Positions 36,900 to 49,178 of a stretch of 64,000 bases of DNA are shown here, piece by piece. Within the stretch, counting starts at the first letter, position 1. Each line of letters starts with the position of its first letter. The DNA is from Azolla caroliniana (taxonomy: Eukaryota; Plantae; Polypodiophyta), in assembly GCA_043228905.1 (NCBI GenBank), contig JBHGNT010000006.1, forward strand, positions 20,398,001 through 20,462,000, written 5' to 3'. Made by a program: the position numbers and the translations under genes. The notes below the pieces were generated by a model. The model did not search any database, was not told where the DNA came from, and was given only the letters and a program-made list of their open reading frames with translations.

Positions 36900-39260
36900 C
36901 CATGGGGTCAATGTATCGGGTACCATTGCTTACAATCACCGTCAAGCTATTCATGCATACGCTAGCTACTAAAGCAAATATTAACAAAACTATATCCACC
37001 TCACTAATGTCAAGGGTCAATGTGTTGCAAATATTTCTTTTCCTCCTTTTATTTCCTCTTGACGTTGGGCATTCCATCATCTCCAGTGTGTACTTGCCTG
37101 TAAATGCATTCTTGCTTCTAATGTTGTACCAGTGCACCTTTATAGATAGGAATCGGCAACGGTTCAGTTTAGGCTTAACCGGTTTGGCCTTATCCAAGCC
37201 AAACTAGTTAAGCCTAAACCGTTTTGGGGTTCTCAAATCTGAACCAAACCGATACCTAAACCGGTTTGGGAACCCGCTTGGGAACCTCACCATTATTTTT
37301 CTTCCCCTCAACCTCTAACAACATCATTATCAGCACCACTACCACCATCACCATCTTAGATACAAATATATGATGGCTATGGAGACATGCATGCTAATTT
37401 CCCTACTTCTACAAGCCACCTTGCGTGCTAGCACATGGACATGGCTTGCCTTAGGCCTTGCCGCCATAGCCACCTTAATCCAACCTTTCTTCACTCGGCC
37501 TTGTCTCTATGAACCTCTCTCTTCCTCCCTACTCTCCTCCTCCCACAAATCAATCCACTATGTAGTATAGAGTCTCTCTCTCGTTGTCCCTCTCTCTCTC
37601 TCTCTATGTAGTCTCTGATTCAACGGTCGTAGGCTACCGGCAGTCTTGCTCGTTGTCGTCCACTATTAGTATACATGCTCTCACTCACTCTCTCTCTCAA
37701 GTCTGTGTAGTCTCTGATTCAACAGTCATTGCCTATGGCTATGGCTTCCTCTTTGTGAGTTAGTATCTCTCAAGTTTCTAACTAATTTCTAACTTTTAAG
37801 TTTTTCTCTAACCTAACTAGTAAATCACATAAACGGCTTAACCGGTTTGGCAAGGCTCAAGCCAAGTCGATCTAAGCTCAAACTGTTTAGCCAAGCTCAA
37901 GCCTAAGTGGAGCCAAACTGAGCCGCCAAGCTATTTTAAACTGTTTTAGGCTTGAGCCAAGTTGTTGTCGATCCCTATTTATAGACTTGATCAACGATAT
38001 GCTTTCATGCATATCACTACATCCACAACTTTACCAATTATTCAAAATTGGTGGCCTAAGTCATTGTTATTTGCGGGTGTAGCAATTAACATTCCAACCT
38101 TTAGTTCTTGCAAGTTGCCTTGCCAATTAGATTCAACTGCTTTTGTCATCCTTGGTCCCACATAAATGTCTCTTTGTTGTGGATGGACCAAACTATCATC
38201 AATCACATTAGATGATGGGTACGACGATTGAGAACCAAGAGATTGTTGTATAGACCAATGTAAATGGCATTTGCCAGGTCAAGTTACTTGCAACACAGTT
38301 TTCAATCATTTCTTGTTGATATGCAAAGAACACATCCCACCATGATGTATCTTGTTGTGCCACATATTTCTTTGTAGCATCAATATGCTTCTTTTTCTCA
38401 CTTAAGGCTTGCTTCCATAAGTTCCTTTGCTCTTCTATCAACTCACTATGCATTCCCTTTTTTGTCTCAATCAACATTTGTTTTGCTCCATAAACAGTTG
38501 TAGAGGGCATATGAAACAAGAACTGGCAACCATCTTCAGGCTCCCATTGTGGCGATGATGAGTATTGCTTTGCATACAACAATGTACATCCACTTGTGTC
38601 AATGTGCTTTATCAGGAAAACGTGATTGAAACTTATATTGTTTAATTGAGCTAGGGCTTTAACATTCCCCTCCCCACCATCCAATGTGTATCTCTTAAAA
38701 TCATATTATATCTCTTTTAGGTGGATCACATTCGGACCTGGTGTGTATGCATCACAAATTATATAAAATAACTTTGGTAATGTGAAGGCATCATTTCGGC
38801 CCAACTATCTTGAGAAAGTACGGAACGTCTGATCAATATGGTCATGTGTGTGGCCAACCAAGAGGGAGTTAACTTTCACTTTCCTAAACAATCCTTGGTT
38901 GACCAACATACTCAGATATTGAAAGACAATTGAGTTTTTGTTCTCCCTAGCTATCTTGTCCAATTGAATGTAGAGAACATAGGGGGCAATGGATGGCCCG
39001 AGCACATCAAAACCCTTTGAATAACTATGATTGTCAAGTTCGGGTCATTGTGGACATTCGGGTAAGTTCCAAAGACATGAGGTCTAGCTGACCCATTATA
39101 AGCCAAGCAACCCACCAAGTGCATCTGAATGAGACATTCGTCATTGATGTCTTTTGGAAGCCGCCGCACGTGTGGTAGACATGTCTTCTTCTGGTTCATA
39201 CCATCGATCATTAGACACATGTATTGTTCGGGATTCTTCAACGACTTCTCTCTATGATGG
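36900..39260 (-). mobile_element. Degenerate Sola1-like DDD transposase gene, interrupted by a hAT MITE and cut at its 5' side by an L1
   Basis: Motifs YMCLMIDGMNQKKT, LYIQLD(K)IARENKN and LLVGHTHDHIDQTF are present, with a frameshift near 39005. The C-terminal part (..F*IIGKVV..IKS|IKVHWY..FTGKY) continues across the MITE. Confidence 0.7.
37147..37977. mobile_element. Non-autonomous hAT element (831 bp) with a perfect 8-bp TSD
   Basis: Ends are TAGGAATCGGCAAC and GTTGTCGATCCCTA. TTTATAGA lies at 37139-37146 and 37978-37985. AAACCGG subterminal repeats are present. Confidence 0.92.
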
Positions 39261-39267
39261 ATCGAAA

Positions 39268-41887
39268 TTGGAGGATCCTAGACAACCTCTTCTCATTTTG
39301 GGAAGCAGTAGCCCTTGCCAAGCATACCAACAATAGGGTAACTGTGGTGCTCCTAGATTTTGAGAAAGCATATGACAGGGTATACTGGAAATTTCTAGAA
39401 AGTGTGATGGGGAAACTCGGCTTTCACGAGTCATGGATCAAAGGCATTGCAGGACTTTATAGGAACGCCACCAGTTGTGTTTCACTAGCAGGTGATAGGG
39501 GCCCTTTCTTCCGAATATCGTGGTCAGTACGACAGGGTTGGTCACTGGCTCCATCCTTATTTCTATTATACACTAAAGCACTCTCTAGCTTTCTCAACTC
39601 GCGGCATCTAAGCCTACGTGGTCTTCGTGTGCCGCATTCTCACCAAAGCCTCCTAGATATAGAATTTGCAGATGACACCGCGGTCTACTTGCAAGACGCA
39701 TTGGAAAATTTACAAAAGCTAGAAAGTGGTTTAGACGTATTTTGCAAGAGATCCAATGTCATGATCAATTGGCACAAATCCTCTACAATATGGCTCTCTC
39801 ATGAAGCACATCCTATGTGGCACCCAGATCCCGCTTTCAAGTGGATCAATCAAGGAGGGAGCACCAAATATTTGGGTTTCCAAATTGGGTTCAACATACC
39901 TCCGGAGACTATGATTACACCAGTTATTCACTCCATTCGACAAAAGTTAATACATTGGAGTTCGAAAAAACTCTCGCTAGTGGGGCACATCATAGTGGCA
40001 AACAAGGTATTACTCGCAACAACGTGGTACATCCTATCATTCTGGACAATCTCCAAGGAAAGTATACACTATATTCAGCGACTGGTACACAACTACATTT
40101 GGTCTAGTAAGGAAGATCATACAACTCGGGCCAAGGGGTCGTGGCCTATACTCACATCACCTAAGTCGAGAGGAGGATTGGGTCTTATTGATCCCCTCTC
40201 ACAATCAAAAGCCCTACTCGCCAAATTTGTGGTGCGAGGACTCCAACCAGGGAATGACTGCTGGAAAATGTTACTACGGTTACGCTTCGCTTGCTTTAGG
40301 CCACGAAAAGGGACCAATTGGCCCCCCCAAACTGGATGGATTCTAAACGTGGATCTCAAACCTAGTATCTCCCGCCAACTGGAGGATAGATTTAGTGCAT
40401 CCATGTGGAAGGCGTGGTGTGACATTAGACGAGGACTCAAGTGCGATCAACCCAATTCGGAACCTACTTGGCTCAGTCAATGTATCCTATGGAACCCATG
40501 TATTAGGGATGAATCTAAATCAACTAATTGGATAAAGTAAGGGGTTGTCATGGGGATACATGTTGGAATATCCAGGAAAAAGTATAGAATGTTGGAGACA
40601 GTTTATGTCATTGCCAATACAAGACCAAGCCAATATCCTCCATGGAATCAGGGACGGATGGGCTATGAGATCTGAAATCATTAACGCTCTACTGATTAGG
40701 GAAGTTGCTCTTCAAAAGACGACAACGGAGAAATGGATAGGCTACAAGGTGGAGGGCTCTTTGATCCCAAGGGGTAGGGACACACCGGAGAGGATTGAAG
40801 GCTCTGAATTGCAGGACAACGAGACAACAACACAACATAAGGCAATTCGAGTACTAGCATATATTGGGCATAAATGGATCGTAGATCTTGATCCGATCAA
40901 AGTACAACTAGATTGGCACATATCTACTCATGAAAACACAAGGCTACGTAAGGTCAATTGGGACCCTTTGCAATGGACATGGTGTGATCCTTACGCGGGG
41001 CAAGGGAGCAAACCTATCCCTTTCTTTCAATTCACAACTAGATTGTGTCGCCATACTATAGCCGCTCAATCCCCCCGAGAGCCGGTTGCTACAACGGTTT
41101 GGCACACATATCATGTTCCGTACACAATTATCACCAAGTTTTGAAAGAAATTGTAGAAACAACAACACGTGAGGCGAATCACCACTTTCCAATGACTATT
41201 AATACATAAGTCACTACCGGTTGGTGCATGGCAGCGTGGGAACCTCAACTCTCCTAATTGTGTAGCGTATCCAATTGTATTAGAATCCATACGACACACT
41301 CTATGGGACTACCCAGAGTCCCATCGAATATGGCGGGGGATTGGTAGCTTTTTGCAATTATGTAATGTGCAAGGCTCAATCAAGTGGGGGAATGTATGTT
41401 GGCTATCATGGCAGGCCCCAATTGACAACTATGAGCATCAAGAAGAGGGGATGACTTTGGTTATAAAAGCATGAGAGATTTTTTTCTCCACCATCGGCAA
41501 TATCCACTCAACTCCTATTAGTGCCAAATCTCAAGTTGTGTTGGACTTGGTTAGCCCAATAACTCTTTGGATTCTATGGAAACAACGGTGTAGACGGGTC
41601 TTCTCCAACCAAAGCGCGCAACCAATAATGTTAATGCAAGAGATATGGAGTGAAGTTGTAGCCACTCTAAAGAGCCAATATGATGGCCTCAAGGGCAACT
41701 CCGATAGAGTTGAAAGACAATGACTAGCCATTATCCAACAACGGTCGTCCTCTCCCTTTCTTGAGGCAATGGGCATCCACATAAGATGGACCTATCGTGT
41801 CCCTATAGGGATTTGTATATAATAATCTCATTTGTAAAATCTTTATAACTAATGGAAGGAGTTTTTGTTTTGGAAAAAAGAGAAAAG
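39268..41887 (+). mobile_element. 5'-truncated L1 LINE (family 2): RT, zf-RVT-like region, A-rich tail
   Basis: Motifs RILDN, LLDFEKAYDRV, SVRQG.SLAP, FADDT, KYLG, GGLGL and ITLWILWKQRCRRVF. The tail is TTTTGGAAAAAAGAGAAAAG. Stops and frameshifts occur after 40540. Confidence 0.92.
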
Positions 41888-43479
41888 ACAATAGAAGATT
41901 GATTTCTCCACTTCTTTGTCCTAGAAGTTTGATCAACAATCTCGTTAGTCACTCCAAACAATTAACAACAAAAGAGAGATAGTAAAATCATTAGATTGGC
42001 TTTGATACCAAATCTCATGTATTGAACTAATAATGAACAAAAGAATAAGAGATTAAGGAGAATAACAAATTAAGGATGCTAACCTCATCAACCACTCCCC
42101 AACCGAACAACATGAGATGAACATAAAATACCATCATTTTCCCATTGACTATTTTTTTTCTAAAAATCGAGCTACTTTCCGATTAGTTAGGAGAGCCCAT
42201 AGCATTGACTATTACCTTATGTTATACCTTTGATGTTGAATAAAGGATCCAAAGAAGAGGGCATAGTCTTGCCAATAGAGCTTCGATAGCGTCCCAAGAT
42301 GCCATAATGAAGGGGGTATATCAAAAACACCTAAGGCTCCTAGACCACTACATGTTCCCATGTGTTGTCCCACTTTCTAGGATAATCGGGTTCTCAACTA
42401 TTCTACCCTTAACCCATTAAAATTAGTTAAGCAATTGGTTCGTAAGCTTATGCCTATAATACCAAGGCCCTATGTGTAGGCCTAAAATTAAATATTTTAA
42501 TTGTATGGTCCACCACATGGTTAGCAAGTGCCTCACCAAACAAAACTTCTATGCATGAAATGTGAATTGGCCTAAATGATGGGTGAAGTAAAAAAATCTC
42601 TAGGATATGATAATCCATTAAATTTTGGGTAGATTAAGGGTTGGTGTTTAGTGATGTTTTTTCTATGGAGCTGAGAAATTCCTCAAGATACAATAGGCAT
42701 ACATATATAACCAAAACTCACAACATTGGCCAAAGAAAAGCTTACAACACAATCAAAGGTTGAACATGTGGGCAAATAAGATCAAGTTGCTTTAATTTGA
42801 GAGTATCTAAATATGAGAAAAAAAATGGAGCAAATTCAGACGAGAGAAGGGGCTTGGGCGCATGCCTTGAGCCAACGGCAGGAAATCAGAGGAATAAATG
42901 GAAGACAAGAGAAGTAGAGCATTGGGATAGATGGAACAACAAACATTAGCAATATATGAAGATAATGAATTAACACCCCATGACTTACATTGATCGACTT
43001 CAGTAAAGTGGGGAGGTTTACAAATGTGCAAGATTTGAGAACGAAGCCGAATTGAACCCAAAATATTTATTCATAATGGAAACCAAATTAAACTATTCAA
43101 TAATATTTGAAAACCAAACCAAACCATTTAATTATTTTCAAATCAATAAACCATTAAACAATTGCTTAACAATTCATTTTTGTTTGGTTTGAGCTGAACT
43201 AGGGCTCATGGATATTCAAAGACGATGGTTTTGTAGTTTGGTGCAACATATGTACTATAATGTGTGAAATGTAAGCCTCCATGTCTTTCCCATTTGTGAT
43301 ATATCAACATACTTCAATGAATCTATAAATGCATCACAAACAGTGTGTAATGGTCTACCTTTCAAACAATTCTGTTATATGTTGCATCCATTTGAAGCTC
43401 AAAATTTTGCTTTTATTTCTTCTTTATTTGCATTGCATGTAAGTCAAGTAAATTGATGGGTGTTGTTTTGTAGCCTTAA

Positions 43480-43960
43480 ATATACACTCAACTATTTTTA
43501 TGCCCATAATCTCAATGGGAAATCTCAATGGGAAGTGAGGTAACCTCAAGAGGTAAGAATATAAATGCCTTTTTCTTTCTTTGCTTGAATTTTTTTGTAA
43601 GTGTTTAGACATCTAAAAATCGCATATGTTCAACCCCATAGAGAAGTATAAGTGTCACCAAAGTGTTAAAAGTGATTTCTTTTCCATTGCATGTATTCTC
43701 AAATGCATCACAAGCCCTCTTTCCTGGATCCAAATTACATGCAACATATTCATTCCATCTATGATTAGAGAAAAACGCCAAGTTGTGGTATTTAAAGTTT
43801 TACATTGTTTCAAGGACCTCATTATTGTACACAATGCAACATTTATCCATATTTTGAACCCTTTACGAGCATGGCCTTCATTTAGAAGCTATTGACACTC
43901 AACTTATCATGCATGAAAAAGTTGTCCTACTCAACCTTTGAGCATCTTCTAAATAATAAC
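43480..43960 (-). mobile_element. Second degenerate copy of the RTE-X/L2-like LINE family
   Basis: The minus strand reads EDAQRL..MHDKLSVNS and DKCCIVYNNEVLE..NFKY, matching GDAQKL..MHTKLSVNS..DKPCIMYNNE at 19.7 kb, followed by FNTLVTLILLYGVE. Confidence 0.65.
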
Positions 43961-44737
43961 AAGAAGTACTACATTCCCTATGGTAATTTCTTCGATGATT
44001 TCTTGCTTTAAAGGCATAATCACTGGTTTGGTTACCACACACACACATGGCATACTTCCTTCTAATTGATTAGAGAAATTTCACGCATGAATTGACTTAG
44101 GTAAGGCAGTTTTTCAAAGAAAAACCTGAACTTGTGGGGATAACTTGCTTCAAAAAGCAGCATGCCCCTAAGCTGAAAAACCCTTATTAGCATCAATAGA
44201 CACGCCTGATTTTCCACAACCTCGTGCTTTATGGGTGGCCATTCAACAAGATGACTTCTACTAAACATACTAAGGCAATCGACTTAATGCATTGAAGACC
44301 TCAAACCCAGACATAAGATATTGTGATATATCCAGCTTAATTTACCAATGTATGGGCATAAAACCAAAAGTGTAATGATTTTTATTTAGGAAAGAAGTCC
44401 TCACAATCCACTTGACAAACACTTTCTTACACAACCTTTCAATTATTAATATTTCCTCCTTCGGTAGGCTGTAACCACCAAATGTTTTATTCATGAGCAA
44501 ATATTCATAACCTAATACCATTAAAACCTAACACCTAACAGTATTGTACCTACACTCCTTAACCTAAAACTACCAGATATGAATACCACCATCTATGGAA
44601 AGTCTGATTGCCTCTTTTATAATACCATAGTAATGAGGTATGATGCATATAACACAAAGTATAAATGGAATTAATGGAATGATGGTCCTTTGGATATGAC
44701 TTCTAAACAACATCCATAAAATGATCCTTAACCTTCT

Positions 44738-46930
44738 TTATCGGAAGGTCTCGGGTTTCTTTGGCTTGCTCTGGATAACCTCTTCGATTTTCTCGATAAT
44801 TTCTGGTGTCAGCAATTTTACTACTTCTAATGCCTTCATATTCTCAATCACCTGCACAAAGAAACCTTTTTTTTCATACACCAACCCAAAAAGCCAAAGC
44901 TGACAAATGGAAGGAAGATTACTTCTATAGTTATCACTAGCTAGTTAAAAGGAAGGAGATATAGTACCTGGTGCTCCTTGGTTGCACCTGTGATGACTGT
45001 GCTAACATTAGGATTGAGAATGCACCAGGCAATTGCAAGCTGAGCCAATGAAACTTTCAGTGATTCTGCAATGGGTTTCAAATTATCCACCTTGTCCAAT
45101 ATATCATCAACGAGCTTTCTGCTTGCGAGGTTCTACCATATTTACAAAAATAAATAAAAAATGATATTCACAATAGCACTTTAAAAAAGAAAAGAAAAAA
45201 CCAGTTATCCCCTTTCACTTTCTGCAGTTTTATCCAAATATCCTCTCCACTGTTTTTAAAAGTTACAAATTTACCCCTTATTTTAATCATGCCTAATTAG
45301 ATGTGAGGGGTAATTTGATAACTTTAAAAAACTAAGTAATTCTTCAAAACTGAGGAGTATGCTAGCCAATATACAAAAAGTTATGAGTATATTGGTGGTT
45401 TTTTTCCCTTGCAAAAATAACTTTCCTCTCACATATATGTATATATGCTACGATGATTTGGAGTATACCTTGTAGTTTTCCAAGGCAAATCGACTGTCGG
45501 GAGGAATAGTTGATTTTGTATACTTCCCGGTGAGAACACCAGAGCCAAGAGGACTCCAAATGGTCAAGCCCAAGCCATAGTTCTTATAAAGGGGAGCATA
45601 CTCCAATTCTACCTGAAAACAATTCAATATTTCACATCTTTGAGGAATCTGGCATGCATGCAACAGAAACACACAACATGCATGCTCTGATTATCACAGC
45701 CACATGCATAATTATGCCTTGATTGATAAATCAGGGTTATGTCCTCTTTAATGTTTGGGTCATGTCTGGATAGCTAAAGTTAATTGGTCCATATAGAACT
45801 AGTTATCCTTGGGATATCTATAATCTGGTGATAGCCTAGGGTTAAACTGTATATAGAGAGCTACTTAGTAGTTAACCTATAAAAACTTGGCCTCATCATA
45901 CAACAACAGTTAACTGTTGAACTACAATGATGTTCAGCCGAGCATGGATAGCTATGGTCTAGGCATAGAGCTAAGGAAAAGTGCTAGAGATATGGCCAGC
46001 TACCCAATAATATATGTATGTCCTGACCATAGACCTAAGGTCTACTTGTATATATCTAGAAGTAGGTGACTATATTATTCAATTGTAGTCCAGTTCGCTA
46101 TGGTCTGGACATAGACATAGGCTTATGTGGTGTATACGATTCTGGATAGCTTTGGTCTAAACATAGATCTAGAGTTAACCAGTACATATACAGGGTTTGT
46201 TACCCTGTTGTGAATTAGGGTATGATTTATGCACATAAACCTCAGTGAAAAAAATGATCTAGACATGGCTTCAAACATGCTCTAAATTTGCTGCAATGAA
46301 ACACAAGGGACCGAGAAAACAACAAGAGAAAACACATACCCTATCCCGAGCGAGCAAGTTATACTGGGGTTGTTCGACAGCAGGGCCGATGAGATGCAAC
46401 CTCTTGGCTACTTCCCATGCTTCAGTGATCTGCTGAGCATCCCATTCGCTGGTGCCCCAATAGAAAGCCCATCCTTTCTCAATAACATAATTCATGGCGC
46501 GAACCGTCTCTTCGATAGGTGTGGTGGTGTCGGGCCGATGGCAAAACAGCACATCGACATACTCTGTCTGGAGGCGTTTAAGGCAAGCTTGGGTGCCTTC
46601 GATGATGTGTTTCCTCGAAAGGCCGACATCGTTAGGGCCTTGCCCACCCCAGAAGATCTTTGTAGACAGAACAAGGTCCGATCTCTTCCATCCAAGCTCC
46701 TTGATGGCTTGGCCCATGATCTCCTCCGCTTTCCCGTTGGCATAGACCTCGGCATTGTCGAAGAAATTGACCCCGAACTCTCTGCACTTGGACATGAGGG
46801 CTTTGGCGGCTTGAACATCGATTTGGTTGCCGAAGCTGACCCAAGCGCCATAGGAGAGGACACTAACCTTGAGGCCGGTGCGGCCCAGATGCCTGTACTG
46901 CATGGCGGAGGCGGCAGGGGAGCTTACCAT
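44738..46930 (-). CDS. KAB1: Voltage-gated K+ channel beta subunit (aldo-keto reductase fold; 337 aa, 4 exons)
   Basis: Exons 46930-46340, 45612-45469, 45132-44968 and 44851-44738 join in frame (1014 nt). Motifs: [73 protein letters not shown]. Confidence 0.95.
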
Positions 46931-47140
46931 GGAAACCCTAAGAAGTCTTTTGGCCCTAAGCTCTCCGACAGGCTTTCAGAGCTCTTCCGAGAAGCCCTGG
47001 AAAGCGATGGATGGATCTCTGTCTGTTTGTCTGTCTGAATTCGTTTTGGGGTACAGCAGAGGAGAAGGACACGTGTCTCTCGCTTGTACGTCCTGCAGAG
47101 TCCAAAAACCAAAGGCTCCGAAGAACTTCTGTATTTACTT

Positions 47141-47312
47141 AGTAAACCGGTTTGAAGCTCGGTTTTTGGGATGGCTCAAGCCGAACCGAACCAATTTGTC
47201 CTACACCGTTCCCAAGCCGGTGAAGACTAATCGATTTGGCTTAACCGGTTCGGTTCAAGTTTGAAAACTCCCAAACCGATTAAGCCGAAACCGAAACTGT
47301 TGCCCATTCCTA
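47141..47312. mobile_element. hAT-type MITE copy with left end missing, in the KAB1 promoter
   Basis: AAACCGG/AACCG repeats and a right end CTGTTGCCCATTCCTA, about 210 bp upstream of the KAB1 ATG. Confidence 0.75.
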
Positions 47313-49178
47313 CTACTTCATAAATAATAATAATCTTACCATCAGAATCATTTAAGAAGTTTGTACTCTTGAAAACAAATTAAACTACCATAGATACTAT
47401 GGATACTTTATTCACAATAACCTTATAAAAGAAAGAGGTAAAGCGAAATCGTGAGCACAACACACTGGTGGCACTTGATCCCCCACCCCCATCCACGATG
47501 AAAAAAAATGGGGCAACCACACACGAGGCCCATTGCTCCACATTGGTCGCACAACCAATACACTGTGGCCGTTAGGATGGTTGGTCTAATCTAGTGGTTT
47601 CTCATTTGGGGTCGATTGATCTTATCTAGTGGCTAGATTACCTCTTGGAGGAGTCCATTTTGCGATAAAGGGATTATTGCTTTGGGCATGCGCTATATAT
47701 CTTTGTATAGTTGTAGAGGGACACGACCAGTATAGGTTTGTTAGTTGTCTATATTTTGGACATTCCCACTAGGGTGTCAGATTGCAATCCCCTTTCCAAT
47801 AGGTGTTTGTTGAAGGTGAGCTCATACGTCTACTTTGTATTTTCTCAATTTGTATTTGAGTTTCCTAGTGTTAGAGATTATGGCATAACTAGCGCATGCG
47901 AATTGCTTTTGTTTTTTGAGGTCAATATGGAGTTGAAAGACAAAAAACTCTTATAAGATTTATTAGTATGCATTTATCATTGTCCCACAAGGTTTAAGGT
48001 TTGGGATCTAGAAGATATCCATTATATTTTCCTATTCTTCCATTACTCGTAGTGAACATAACTAAATTAGGACCAATCAATGCAAAAATCTCAATATCAA
48101 TGATAAATAGCTTGACTATTTATGATATTGCACAAACTCTTTAATTCCATGTTTTATGTCATCATTTCAATTAGGGCTTTCCTCCTTTTTCAAGCATTTT
48201 GCCCTTTTTACAATGGATTTTGGCTTATTTAGTGCCATGTTTGTAATATATCTCCCTCCAAACTTACTTAGCTTGATGTTTTGATACAAGAAATATAGTG
48301 ATGATAATATGATAGCTCTTGTTCTAGCCTCAGTGCAAGGACCAACATATCTGTTAGTCTAGAGACATGTGACCAATGACCATCTCATACAAGACTCAAG
48401 GGCATCAATTAACCAAAATGTTCCATAAAAAAGGAAAAGAAATGGCATGACCTCCAACCTCCATCAAATCTTGCGAGGACATTATTTGTACAAAGGGATC
48501 GTCATAAAAATAAAAATAAACTTAAAACAAAAACAAAGCCCTTAGCCCAAAAGAAGAAATGTATGAACGGGAACACAGGAATAACTCCATTCAAAGTAAA
48601 AAGAAACAACATCTCGAGAAATCATGTAAATAGAGACATACATAGCTTCTACATGCTCAAGAATTGCGAGACCTTTGAATACCCCCCACTACAGGGCAAG
48701 GATTTGGGTCATAGTTAGCATTTTTTTACATGATTGATACAATGATGAATTATTTCATTGCACCTTGGAAGTACAAACCTACAATCTTGGGCCACAATCT
48801 CCTCCACAACCTAACAAGTTAAAACACAGGGATCGCTAAGAACATCCAAGTTGCTCCATGCAACCGAGTTAGTTGCATGGGGCATGGTTGACTAGAGTAG
48901 TTGTGGGGTCCCAACTCAATAACCCCATGGCTAAGTCTAGCCTCCATTCAGTGTGGTCTTCTCAAGGTACTCATGTTCAATACCAAAACTCTACTACGCA
49001 AATTACATACCGACATCTTGACCTCGAATTCTTTTCAAAACTACTAGATCTCAAGGATTATACATAAGGAATATACATATGGAATACATAGACATCTGGT
49101 AAGTCGAACTCATTTCCGACATACAAACGATCCCCATCTCCTCTTGACATGGCTTAGCCTTGACCAATGGAGCTATTG

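Noticed and set aside
41999-42010. tRNA-iMet PBS-like TGGTATCAAAGC on the minus strand
   Set aside because: No LTR end at the expected 1-3 nt distance and no gag ORF. At most a remnant.
45760-46190. Diffuse GGATAGCTATGGTCT..CATAGA repeats in KAB1 intron 1
   Set aside because: Too degenerate to define a unit, termini or a stable hairpin.
46370-47038. 222-aa plus-strand ORF and other overlapping ORFs
   Set aside because: Antisense shadow of the GC-rich KAB1 exon 1, with no recognisable motifs.
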